A stretch of DNA of 32,000 nt from Vibrio alginolyticus NBRC 15630 = ATCC 17749. Its GTDB lineage: Bacteria; Pseudomonadota; Gammaproteobacteria; Enterobacterales; Vibrionaceae. The notes beneath the pieces were generated by a model. That model had not been told where the DNA came from, did no database searches, and worked only from the letters and a program-made list of their open reading frames with translations. Made by a program: the position numbers and the translations under genes. The stretch is from contig NC_022349.1 in the NCBI RefSeq assembly GCF_000354175.2, forward strand, positions 2,730,001-2,762,000. The letters are read 5' to 3'. This document shows positions 8,612 through 16,750 of the stretch, piece after piece; within the stretch, counting starts at the first letter, position 1, and every line of letters starts with the position of its first letter.

Positions 8612-9670
8612 ATGAAAAAGTTAATTAACCAAGTTGATGATGTTGTATTGCAGCAAATGGAAGGTCTGGCTTTATCTCGCCCAGAGCTAAAAGCGAACTA
8701 CGAACCTCGTTACATGTGGCACGAGGAAACACCGGGGCAAGTGGCACTGGTTTCTGGTGGTGGCTGTGGTCATGAACCTTTGCACGCAGGTTTTATTGGT
8801 AAAGGCATGCTGACAGGCGCCTGCCCTGGAGAGGTATTTACTTCACCAACGCCAGATCAAATGTACGAATGTGGCAACCAAGTGAATACTGGTGAAGGCG
8901 TGCTATTTATCATTAAAAACTACACCGGAGACGTGTTGAACTTTGAAACGGCTGTGGAGCTGCTTCATACCGATGGCATCAAAGTTGGGTCGGTGTTGGT
9001 GGATGACGATGTTGCAGTCAAAGACAGCCTGTATACCGCTGGTCGCCGTGGCGTAGCTGGAACGGTATTGGTTGAAAAGTTAGTTGGGGCTGCCGCGAGC
9101 AAAGGTTATTCGTTGGAGCAATGTGAAGCACTGGCTCGTCGCGTTAATAATCACTGTCGTTCATTTGGCGTGGCGCTTAATGCTTGTGTTGTACCCGCAG
9201 CAGGTAAACCATCTTTTGTTCTGGAAGATGATGAAGTGGAGTTTGGTGTTGGTATCCATGGTGAACCAGGTATCAAGCGAGTGAAATACACCGATGTCGA
9301 TACGTTAGTGGATGAAATGTTTGCTGAAGTTGCTGAAAACACACCTTATCAGCGCACATTGCATATTTGGAATCGTGACGAAGGTGAATGGGATGAAGTG
9401 GAATCCAGCATTGAGCCTTTCGCCGCTGAACACGACTACATCGTGATGGTGAATGGTATGGGTGGTACGCCAACTTCAGAGCTTTACGGAGTGTACCGCC
9501 GTCTGGCTCATAACTGCGAGCAAGCAGGGTTCCGTATCGTGCGTAATATGGTTGGTAACTTCTGTACGTCACTCGATATGGAAGGCGTTTCGATTACGTT
9601 GTTGAAGGCAGATAAAGAGATGTTGGAGCTGTTCGATGCTCCTGTCGATACGGCCGCGATCAAGTGGTAA
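8612..9670 (+). CDS. dhaK: Dihydroxyacetone kinase, DHA-binding subunit DhaK
   Basis: DhaK signatures are present: SGGGCGHEPLHAGF and GVGIHGEPG, which contains the DHA-binding His. The 352-aa length is comparable to E. coli DhaK. Confidence 0.93.
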   Translation: MKKLINQVDDVVLQQMEGLALSRPELKANYEPRYMWHEETPGQVALVSGGGCGHEPLHAGFIGKGMLTGACPGEVFTSPTPDQMYECGNQVNTGEGVLFIIKNYTGDVLNFETAVELLHTDGIKVGSVLVDDDVAVKDSLYTAGRRGVAGTVLVEKLVGAAASKGYSLEQCEALARRVNNHCRSFGVALNACVVPAAGKPSFVLEDDEVEFGVGIHGEPGIKRVKYTDVDTLVDEMFAEVAENTPYQRTLHIWNRDEGEWDEVESSIEPFAAEHDYIVMVNGMGGTPTSELYGVYRRLAHNCEQAGFRIVRNMVGNFCTSLDMEGVSITLLKADKEMLELFDAPVDTAAIKW

Positions 9671-9685
9671 GAGGGGGGAGCAAAC

Positions 9686-10321
9686 ATGCAAATTGAAAAA
9701 CAACATATCGTTCACTGGCTAGAGTTATGTGCAAAAACGTATCAAGAGAATCAAGATTTTCTGACCGACCTTGATCGTGATATTGGTGACGCAGACCATG
9801 GTCTCAATATGAACCGTGGCTTTAAAAAAGTTGCTGAAAAACTGCCGCAATTTGCGGACCAAAATATCGGCAGCATTCTCAAGAATACGGGCATGACCTT
9901 ACTTTCTAGTGTTGGTGGGGCAAGTGGCCCGCTGTATGGCACGCTGTTTATTCGCACGGCTGCCGCTGTCGGAACCCGAGAGCAACTAACGTTTGAAGAG
10001 TTGGTCGATGCACTAAAAAGCGGTGTGGATGGCGTGGTGTCTCGTGGTAAAGCGGAACTGGGTGATAAAACCATGTGTGATGTTTGGTTACCCGTTTTAG
10101 TTAGCGTGAAGGCGTCGTTAGAAAATGGCATGAGCGCCGATCACTTACTTAATGAAATGGTTGAGCTAGCAGAAACGAACGCGGTTGCCACGATTGAAAT
10201 GTTGGCGAAAAAAGGGCGAGCAAGCTATTTAGGTGAACGCAGTATTGGTCACCAAGATCCCGGTGCAACCTCTTCTTTGTTAATGATTAAAGCACTACAG
10301 CAGGCAATAGCAGGTAATTAA
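9686..10321 (+). CDS. dhaL: Dihydroxyacetone kinase, ADP-binding subunit DhaL
   Basis: DhaL motif LDRDIGDADHGLNM (Mg-binding Asp triad). Length 211 aa. GGGGGGAG Shine-Dalgarno before the ATG at 9686. Its stop lies 1 nt before the dhaM ATG. Confidence 0.92.
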   Translation: MQIEKQHIVHWLELCAKTYQENQDFLTDLDRDIGDADHGLNMNRGFKKVAEKLPQFADQNIGSILKNTGMTLLSSVGGASGPLYGTLFIRTAAAVGTREQLTFEELVDALKSGVDGVVSRGKAELGDKTMCDVWLPVLVSVKASLENGMSADHLLNEMVELAETNAVATIEMLAKKGRASYLGERSIGHQDPGATSSLLMIKALQQAIAGN

Positions 10322-10322
10322 G

Positions 10323-12722
10323 ATGGTGGGAATTGTAGTTGTATCTCATAGTCGTCGACTTGCCGAAGGGGTGGCAGAACTTGCCACCCAAATGACGCAA
10401 GGCAAAGCCAAGCTTGCGATTGCTGCTGGGATTGATGATCCAGAGAACCCGATCGGAACCGATGCCATTGCCGTGATGGAAGCGATTGAGCAGGTACAAG
10501 ATCAACAAGGGGTTGTTGTGTTGATGGATCTTGGCAGCGCGTTGCTTAGCACGGAAATGGCTCTGGACCTGATTGATGATCATGTGAGGGAAAATGTCAC
10601 CCTTATCTCGGCACCTATTGTTGAAGGAACCATGGCGGCGTCGGTGGCTGCCGCCGCCGGACTGCCTTTATCGACGGTAGTCGAAGAGGCACAGAATGCG
10701 TTAAGCGTAAAACAAGAGCACCTTGGTGATCAGCCACTAACATCCGCTGAGATAGCGCCAGTATCAGAGAACTTTGAGCAAGAATGGACATTTGATTGGG
10801 TAGTGCAAAATCCGCATGGATTACATGCTCGTCCCGCTGCGGCCATTGTTGGTGCACTCGCGCCTTTTGACTGCCAATTATGGTTGAAAAAAGGCGAGCG
10901 CCGTGTGAACGCGAAAAGCTTAAACAGCATTGCGAAACTTGGCGTTCGTAGCCAAGAGACGATCACGCTGTGCGCACTCGGCTCTCAATCCAGTGAAGCA
11001 ATCAAGGCATTTGAAGCCTTAGCTTATGAGCACTTCGGAGAAAAAGAGGCGGTTGAGCAAGGCATTATCGAACCTGAAGAAAGTTCAGATACTCTGCTCG
11101 ATGGCATGGCCTCAAATCAGATTGAAGGTGCTGTTGTTGGTATTCGAGTCAATGACGGTATCGCTACTGCTCCTGCTGTCCTTTTTACTCATGAAATGCC
11201 AGCAGTGCCTGAACGTGATTTCCAAAGTGAACAAGATGAAATTGAACGGGTTAAGCGTGCGATAGGCGTGGTTGTTCAACATTTGCAGGAGCAAGCGAAG
11301 CAGCCGAAAGGGGAAATATTTGCTGCTCATAGCATGATGCTCAGTGACCCAGAATTATGGGCATCGGTCGAGTCGCGAATTCAAACGGGCATGATAGCCG
11401 AGCAAGCTTGGGTAGAATCACTGCAAACGTTGGCCGAAGAGTTTCGCCAGGCAGAAAGTCAGTACATGCGGGAACGCGAAGCAGATGTGCATGATATAGC
11501 ACGCCAAGTTATGGTCGAAATGACAGGCGTAACGCCTAATGCCATCGACATTCAGGAACCGAGTATTTTGTTGGCCCGCGACCTGATGCCTTCTGATGTG
11601 GCCGGGCTTGATAAATCGAAAGTGCTTGGTATCTGTTTGAGTGAGGGAGGGAAAACCTCTCACAGTGCGATTCTTGCTCGTGCGATGGGGATTCCTGCCA
11701 TCGTTAAAGCTCAGGGCTGCCTTGATGCTGTGCGTGCTGGTCAAGTGGTGACTATTGATGGCTTCCGAGGGCATTTATGGTTCTCTCCTTCAGATGCCGT
11801 ACTGCAGGAATTAGAAGCTCAGCAAATTGAGTGGCAAAGCATCCGACAACGTGCATTAGCGAGTGCTCAGCAAGCCGCAGTCACCTGTGATGGTGTCCAT
11901 ATTCCAGTACTCGCCAATATTGGTGGACCGAAAGATATTGATGATGCACTAACATCAGGAGCTGAGGGCGTTGGTCTATTTCGGACTGAGTTTCTATTTC
12001 AAAACAGTGATGAGTTGCCGACTGAGGAAGCGCAATACCAAGTGTATCGTGATATTGCAGCCGCACTTGGTGATAAGCCACTTACGATTCGTAGTCTAGA
12101 TGTTGGCGGTGATAAGCCTTTAGCCGCTTATCCTATGCCAGCAGAAGATAATCCATTTTTAGGTTTGAGAGGGGTGCGGTTGTGCCTTCAACATGAGTCA
12201 TTGTTTACCGCTCAACTTCGAGCCATTCTGAGAGCCTTTCACGAGCAACCGAATATTCAATTGATGATACCGATGGTGGCTCAGGTTGAAGAAGTGAGAA
12301 AAGTAAAAGTGCTGTTGGCGCATCAAGCAAACCAACTCGGCTTGGATGCGACTCATTTGCCCGTTGGTATTATGATTGAGGTACCAGCCGCGGTGTTAAA
12401 TGCTGATGCGTTAGCCCAAGAAGTCGACTTTTTCTCTATCGGCACCAATGATTTGACTCAATATGTTATGGCCGCCGATCGAGGTAACGCTGCTGTTGCT
12501 GAATTGGTGAACTACTTTGAACCATCGGTACTAAAAGCCATTGAGCTCACGTGTGCAGCAGGCGATCGCGCGGGCATACCGGTTAGTATGTGTGGTGAGA
12601 TGGCTGGCGATCCAAATGCCACAGAAACATTGCTCCGCGTGGGGTTGCGAAAATTCAGCGCCAGTTCGAGCATGCTACCGGGACTAAAAGCGCAGATTCG
12701 TCAGTTGTCTGTCGATGTTTAA
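10323..12722 (+). CDS. dhaM: DhaM multiphosphoryl-transfer protein: EIIA(Man)-like + HPr-like + complete Enzyme I (799 aa)
   Basis: N-terminus MVGIVVVSHSRRLAEG is the DhaM/EIIA-Man His site. NPHGLHARPAA is the HPr His site. GGKTSHSAILARAMGIPA is the EI phosphohistidine site. GLFRTEFLF, SIGTNDLTQY and CGEMAGD mark the EI C-terminal PEP-binding barrel. Confidence 0.9.
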   Translation: MVGIVVVSHSRRLAEGVAELATQMTQGKAKLAIAAGIDDPENPIGTDAIAVMEAIEQVQDQQGVVVLMDLGSALLSTEMALDLIDDHVRENVTLISAPIVEGTMAASVAAAAGLPLSTVVEEAQNALSVKQEHLGDQPLTSAEIAPVSENFEQEWTFDWVVQNPHGLHARPAAAIVGALAPFDCQLWLKKGERRVNAKSLNSIAKLGVRSQETITLCALGSQSSEAIKAFEALAYEHFGEKEAVEQGIIEPEESSDTLLDGMASNQIEGAVVGIRVNDGIATAPAVLFTHEMPAVPERDFQSEQDEIERVKRAIGVVVQHLQEQAKQPKGEIFAAHSMMLSDPELWASVESRIQTGMIAEQAWVESLQTLAEEFRQAESQYMREREADVHDIARQVMVEMTGVTPNAIDIQEPSILLARDLMPSDVAGLDKSKVLGICLSEGGKTSHSAILARAMGIPAIVKAQGCLDAVRAGQVVTIDGFRGHLWFSPSDAVLQELEAQQIEWQSIRQRALASAQQAAVTCDGVHIPVLANIGGPKDIDDALTSGAEGVGLFRTEFLFQNSDELPTEEAQYQVYRDIAAALGDKPLTIRSLDVGGDKPLAAYPMPAEDNPFLGLRGVRLCLQHESLFTAQLRAILRAFHEQPNIQLMIPMVAQVEEVRKVKVLLAHQANQLGLDATHLPVGIMIEVPAAVLNADALAQEVDFFSIGTNDLTQYVMAADRGNAAVAELVNYFEPSVLKAIELTCAAGDRAGIPVSMCGEMAGDPNATETLLRVGLRKFSASSSMLPGLKAQIRQLSVDV

Positions 12723-12749
12723 TCGATACCTTATCGTTAGTACACCTGT

Positions 12750-12779
12750 ACCGGCGTGCTTACGCCGGTTTTACTTTTG
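12750..12779 (+). terminator. Rho-independent terminator of dhaKLM
   Basis: 8-bp stem accggcgt (12750-12757) pairs with acgccggt (12762-12769) around loop gctt, followed by tttactttt. Confidence 0.75.
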
Positions 12780-12802
12780 TTATAGGAACGCCAATTCACG
12801 AC

Positions 12803-14728
12803 TTAATACAGCTTCATTTGCTCCTGCAGCCCAAACTTATTAATTTTTCTCCATAAGGTCGTGCGGCCAATTTGCAATGCTTTCGCCATATCATGCATTT
12901 TGCCATCACACTGATTCCAAGCCTGAACAATCGCTCTTCTCTCGGCTTCTTCTAACGTGATTACTGGCGTATTTTCTGCGGTATGGCAAGAATTCAGTTT
13001 AATGTCTTCAGGAATATCGTTCAGCTTGATTAAGTTGGAACTGCGGTTAAGCAAAATTCGCTCAGTTCGGTTTCTTAATTCAGAGTTGTTGCCTGACCAA
13101 CGAAAATTCATCAACGCTTCCAGTGCGACTGGCTCTATCGAGATCGTCACATTGTGGCGGCGTTCATAATGGCTGATAAGCTGCTGGACGAGAAATTCAA
13201 TGTCTTCTTTACGCTTTCGTAGTGGCGGAATATGCAGCTCGTTCGAGGAGATTTCATAATAAAGTTGCCGACCAAATGAGCGCTGAGTGACATACTCGCT
13301 GATCTCTGAAGCGGTGCTGGTAATAAGTTGAAAGTCTACGGGGATCAATCGCAAACTGTCGCTGCGGCTGACGAGCCCAGTTTTTAACAACTTAAGTAGC
13401 ACGGCTTGTAAATCGGGCGACAGATATTCCACCTTTTCTAAAAAGAGCGTACCGCCATGGGCGAGCTCAAACTTTGAAGGCATGCCTTGCCCTTCGTCGT
13501 ACCCCAGGGTTTCTTTGACCAGTTGCTCTGTATTGATGGAGCGGCAGTTGAGCGTAATGAATGGTCCTTCTTTGTAGGCGCTTTCGTTATGAATCGCCAT
13601 GGCGAGAGTGGCTTTTCCTACGCCTTCTTCACCTGTAATTAGAATCGGTGATTTTGACTTTATGGCCCGTTTTGCCACGGTAATGACATGCTTCATTTTT
13701 CGTGAAATGACGGGCAAAGTGCTGAACGTATAGCGCGCACTGCCACCTATTTGTTGTTGAGCAAGTTCGCGAATTTTATCGATAGGGTGCAAGAACAATA
13801 AGTGTGTGCCGTCGTTGAGTGGACGCAAGGTGATGATCGCCTCAACAAACTCGCCACGAACCTCTACCGTTGTGAGTTTACGGTTTATGCTCGCACCTGA
13901 CTCAATACTAGTAAGGACATTCGGTGGGAAGCGCAAAACAGAAAAGACTTCTTTATCCAAGACCTGACTGGCTTCAATGTTTAACAAACGCTCGGACTGG
14001 TGATTTACCATGGTGATGCGATTTTCTTCATCCCACGCTAGAAGGCCGTCATCCATGCACTCTAACGTTGCGTTATGCGCACAAGTGAGGCGGTTCATGT
14101 TTTCTTGTTCCGACTGAATGTGGATTTGCAAGCTGACTTCTTTCGCGCTCGACGCGATGATGACTAAGTCTTCTTTCTTATAGCTTTCCGCTTTTCTGAA
14201 AAGGCATGTTGTACCGCGTAATTTTCCAAATTGGTCAAAAACAGGCGCCGCTACAGAGGCATAAGAGTGCAAGTGGCGATTGAAATGTTCTGCAGCAAAA
14301 ACTTCACATGGGATGTGAGTGTTGATACAGAGATTGACTGCATTTGTGCCAATTTTCCCTTCAGACAGAAAGCAGCCTTGTTTAATACCGAGTGCTTGCA
14401 TCTCTTGTCGCATAGAGTCGTGCCCGACGGTGGAGAGAATACAGCCGTTGCCATCAGTCACCATCAATAGCAGGTCTTCGTCTCCTAGCATATCGTAAGT
14501 GTCTTCAAGTACGGTAGTGGCGCATTCGATGAGGTGCTCGTTGCGTTTCATCAGAGATGAGAAGGTAAAACCAGAGGCAATATGTGGTTTTGACCAGGTA
14601 TAAGGGCTGCATTGCTTTATGCAACGCTCCCACGACTCGAGGACGGGAGTGCGGGAAAATTCTGGAGATACCCAGTGGTGTTTCTGGAAAAACTCCCACT
14701 TAGTTTTAGTGTCTTCGATTGAAAGCAT
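12803..14728 (-). CDS. dhaR: DhaR-type transcriptional activator (sensor/GAF-like + PAS + AAA+ EBP-like + Fis-type HTH)
   Basis: Domain order and local similarity match E. coli DhaR: WERC near the N-terminus, Walker A GEEGVGKA, and C-terminal HTH AKALQIGRTTLWRKI. The track ORF starts at a TTG at 14743. The ATG at 14728 (MLSIEDTK...) has a weak GGGA Shine-Dalgarno and is preferred. Confidence 0.85.
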   Translation of the reverse strand: MLSIEDTKTKWEFFQKHHWVSPEFSRTPVLESWERCIKQCSPYTWSKPHIASGFTFSSLMKRNEHLIECATTVLEDTYDMLGDEDLLLMVTDGNGCILSTVGHDSMRQEMQALGIKQGCFLSEGKIGTNAVNLCINTHIPCEVFAAEHFNRHLHSYASVAAPVFDQFGKLRGTTCLFRKAESYKKEDLVIIASSAKEVSLQIHIQSEQENMNRLTCAHNATLECMDDGLLAWDEENRITMVNHQSERLLNIEASQVLDKEVFSVLRFPPNVLTSIESGASINRKLTTVEVRGEFVEAIITLRPLNDGTHLLFLHPIDKIRELAQQQIGGSARYTFSTLPVISRKMKHVITVAKRAIKSKSPILITGEEGVGKATLAMAIHNESAYKEGPFITLNCRSINTEQLVKETLGYDEGQGMPSKFELAHGGTLFLEKVEYLSPDLQAVLLKLLKTGLVSRSDSLRLIPVDFQLITSTASEISEYVTQRSFGRQLYYEISSNELHIPPLRKRKEDIEFLVQQLISHYERRHNVTISIEPVALEALMNFRWSGNNSELRNRTERILLNRSSNLIKLNDIPEDIKLNSCHTAENTPVITLEEAERRAIVQAWNQCDGKMHDMAKALQIGRTTLWRKINKFGLQEQMKLY

Positions 14729-14873
14729 GCGATCCCGTTTCAATACTAGCGATAGATTGGTCTGATGTTACAGAGACATCGGAATATGGACTGTGATGGC
14801 TTTCACGCATGTTGTATAGAAGAATGTGCAAAAAGAGGGGCGAGTTGAGGAGGCTTCCGTGCCAGTTTTTCGA

Positions 14874-15404
14874 TTAAAAAGGGCTGTCTTTGCCGAGCTC
14901 ATTGCAAATCTCGACAATGGCAAGTGAGAGCCCTGACTTAATGATTTGTTGTTGACGTTGCAGTTGTAGCTGATAAAACTCAAGGTCGATGTCGTCATCT
15001 GGTTCGCTGACTTCCAGTTGCACCATGCCCATTTTCTTCACCAAGTGCAGTTTCTTAATTGGTTCTAGAATATTCGGGTCAGTGAATTCGTAATCTGAAG
15101 CGTCACTATTGAGTTGGTTTTTGAGTTTGATGATGTCTTCGATGTCGTGGTAGATGTCATCGGGGAGCACTCCCAAGCCAAACAATAACTTCAAACGAAC
15201 AGACAGATCGCCCAGCGGTCCAGAGTCTTGTAGCAGCGGACCGACAACCGATTGAACAGCGAAGTTATCTTTACGAAAGATTCTTTGCACCAACCCGTCG
15301 ATCGAATCGTTAAAAACGTCGACTGCTGCAATGAAAAAGCCTCGTACCGATGGTGCGCTGTTTAATCGCTCAATGATCTCGGTTTCGTTGATGTTATCTG
15401 CCAT
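14874..15404 (-). CDS. mtlR: Mannitol operon repressor MtlR
   Basis: 176-aa protein in the mtlA-mtlD-mtlR position. It shows similarity to enterobacterial MtlR (SVRGFFIAAVDVFNDSIDGL, LSVRLKLLFGLGV). Confidence 0.88.
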   Translation of the reverse strand: MADNINETEIIERLNSAPSVRGFFIAAVDVFNDSIDGLVQRIFRKDNFAVQSVVGPLLQDSGPLGDLSVRLKLLFGLGVLPDDIYHDIEDIIKLKNQLNSDASDYEFTDPNILEPIKKLHLVKKMGMVQLEVSEPDDDIDLEFYQLQLQRQQQIIKSGLSLAIVEICNELGKDSPF

Positions 15405-15464
15405 ATACTGAATACATTTCTAATTATTAGCTATCCCAACTCTTCAAGCAGAGAAGGACATAGA

Positions 15465-15483
15465 AGGGGAGCCGAGCTCCCCT
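15465..15483 (-). other. Intercistronic hairpin between mtlD and mtlR
   Basis: 8-bp GC-rich stem aggggagc (15465-15472) pairs with gctcccct (15476-15483) around a 3-nt loop, 8 nt after the mtlD stop. There is no clear U-tract, so it is more likely an attenuator or stabiliser than a full terminator. Confidence 0.3.
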
Positions 15484-15490
15484 AGGTAAA

Positions 15491-16639
15491 TCAAAGTTGG
15501 TTGTAAAGTGTCTCGATTTGAGCCACTTCATCGCTGTCTTCTGCAAGACCTGTGTATGTCGCTAGCGTCTTCTTCACACCCACTTCTTTTAATGAGTTTT
15601 GTAGCTCTACGGCTTGTGGGTCAGTGTCGTTAGTGTACTTCAACGCAGCGGCAATGCCTTTCAAAAGTGTTTGATTTTCAGTGCCATACTCAATTGTACC
15701 GAGTAAAGGCTTCACTAATCTATCGTTTGCACCCAATTTTCGAATTGGTTGACGACCTACGCGGTCCACCTCATCCACTAAGTATGGGTTGGCAAAGCGT
15801 CCTAAAATCTTCTCGATGTAGGCGTTGTGCATGTCACGGTCGAAGCCGTAACGTTTGATCAGCACTTCACCACTTTCTTGCATCGCCTGTTTTACTTCAG
15901 CGTGAATGCTTGGGTCTTCAATTGCTTCACGAATGGTACGATGGCCTTTCAAGCAACCTAGGTAAGCGGTAATGCAGTGGCCTGTATTGAGAGTGAATAG
16001 CTTGCGTTCTACGAATGCCATTAGGTTGTTGGTTCTTTCCATGCCAGCTATGTCAGGGATTTCGCCCTTGAATTGCTGCTCATCCACAATCCATTCGCTA
16101 AAACTCTCTACAGTAACTTCTAGTGGGTCATCGTTCGCCGCTTCTGCTGGTGGTACGATACGGTCTACCGCTGAATCGACAAAGCCAACCAACTCGTCTG
16201 CTTTCGCGTGCAATGATTCATCCAAGTGTTTGTACACTTCACCTTTTAGGTGTGTGGTGCCACGAACCATGTTTTCACACGCTATGATGTTCAATGGTTT
16301 ATCGTTACCTGCTGCAAAGCGTTTAGCAATGCCGGTAGCGATGGTTTTTGCAATGATGTCCAGTACGTTAGGGCCAACCGCTGTTGTTACCAAGTCGGTT
16401 TTTACAATGCGGTCAATGACATCTTCACTGGCTGAGTTTACTGCGGTGACGTGAGTTACTGTGTCGATTTGGCACTCAGTACCGACCACTTTTACTTTGT
16501 ATTCTTGCTTGTGACTCAGTTGATCGACGAGTGGTGCGTCTACATCTGCAAATGTGACCTCGACTTCTGCATCTGCTAATAGTTTACCGATGAAGCCACG
16601 ACCAATGTTACCTGCGCCAAAATGAACTGCGTTTTTCAT
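15491..16639 (-). CDS. mtlD: Mannitol-1-phosphate 5-dehydrogenase
   Basis: Starts [23 protein letters not shown] and is collinear with E. coli MtlD throughout ([25 protein letters not shown]). Confidence 0.95.
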   Translation of the reverse strand: MKNAVHFGAGNIGRGFIGKLLADAEVEVTFADVDAPLVDQLSHKQEYKVKVVGTECQIDTVTHVTAVNSASEDVIDRIVKTDLVTTAVGPNVLDIIAKTIATGIAKRFAAGNDKPLNIIACENMVRGTTHLKGEVYKHLDESLHAKADELVGFVDSAVDRIVPPAEAANDDPLEVTVESFSEWIVDEQQFKGEIPDIAGMERTNNLMAFVERKLFTLNTGHCITAYLGCLKGHRTIREAIEDPSIHAEVKQAMQESGEVLIKRYGFDRDMHNAYIEKILGRFANPYLVDEVDRVGRQPIRKLGANDRLVKPLLGTIEYGTENQTLLKGIAAALKYTNDTDPQAVELQNSLKEVGVKKTLATYTGLAEDSDEVAQIETLYNQL

Positions 16640-16750
16640 AATTCTTACCTACCAATGTCTAAAATGTTGACTTACGAAACTAGGGGGAGGCCAACCGCAT
16701 AGGGGGTGACAGCTGACCTCATTTGCCTCAGGAGCAAATTAAAGGGGTAA

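Noticed and set aside
14829-14866. Sigma54-type promoter upstream of dhaR (minus-strand TGGCAC at 14864-14859, and TTGCA at 14833-14829)
   Set aside because: The TGGCAC is followed at the -12 position by CCTCC, not TTGC. The separate TTTTGCA has TCGCCC rather than TGGCAC at the -24 position. Neither forms a complete GG-N10-GC element.
14768-14998. 76-aa ORF overlapping the 3' end of mtlR in another frame
   Set aside because: It overlaps a well-supported gene on the same strand in a different frame, has no RBS and has no recognisable product.
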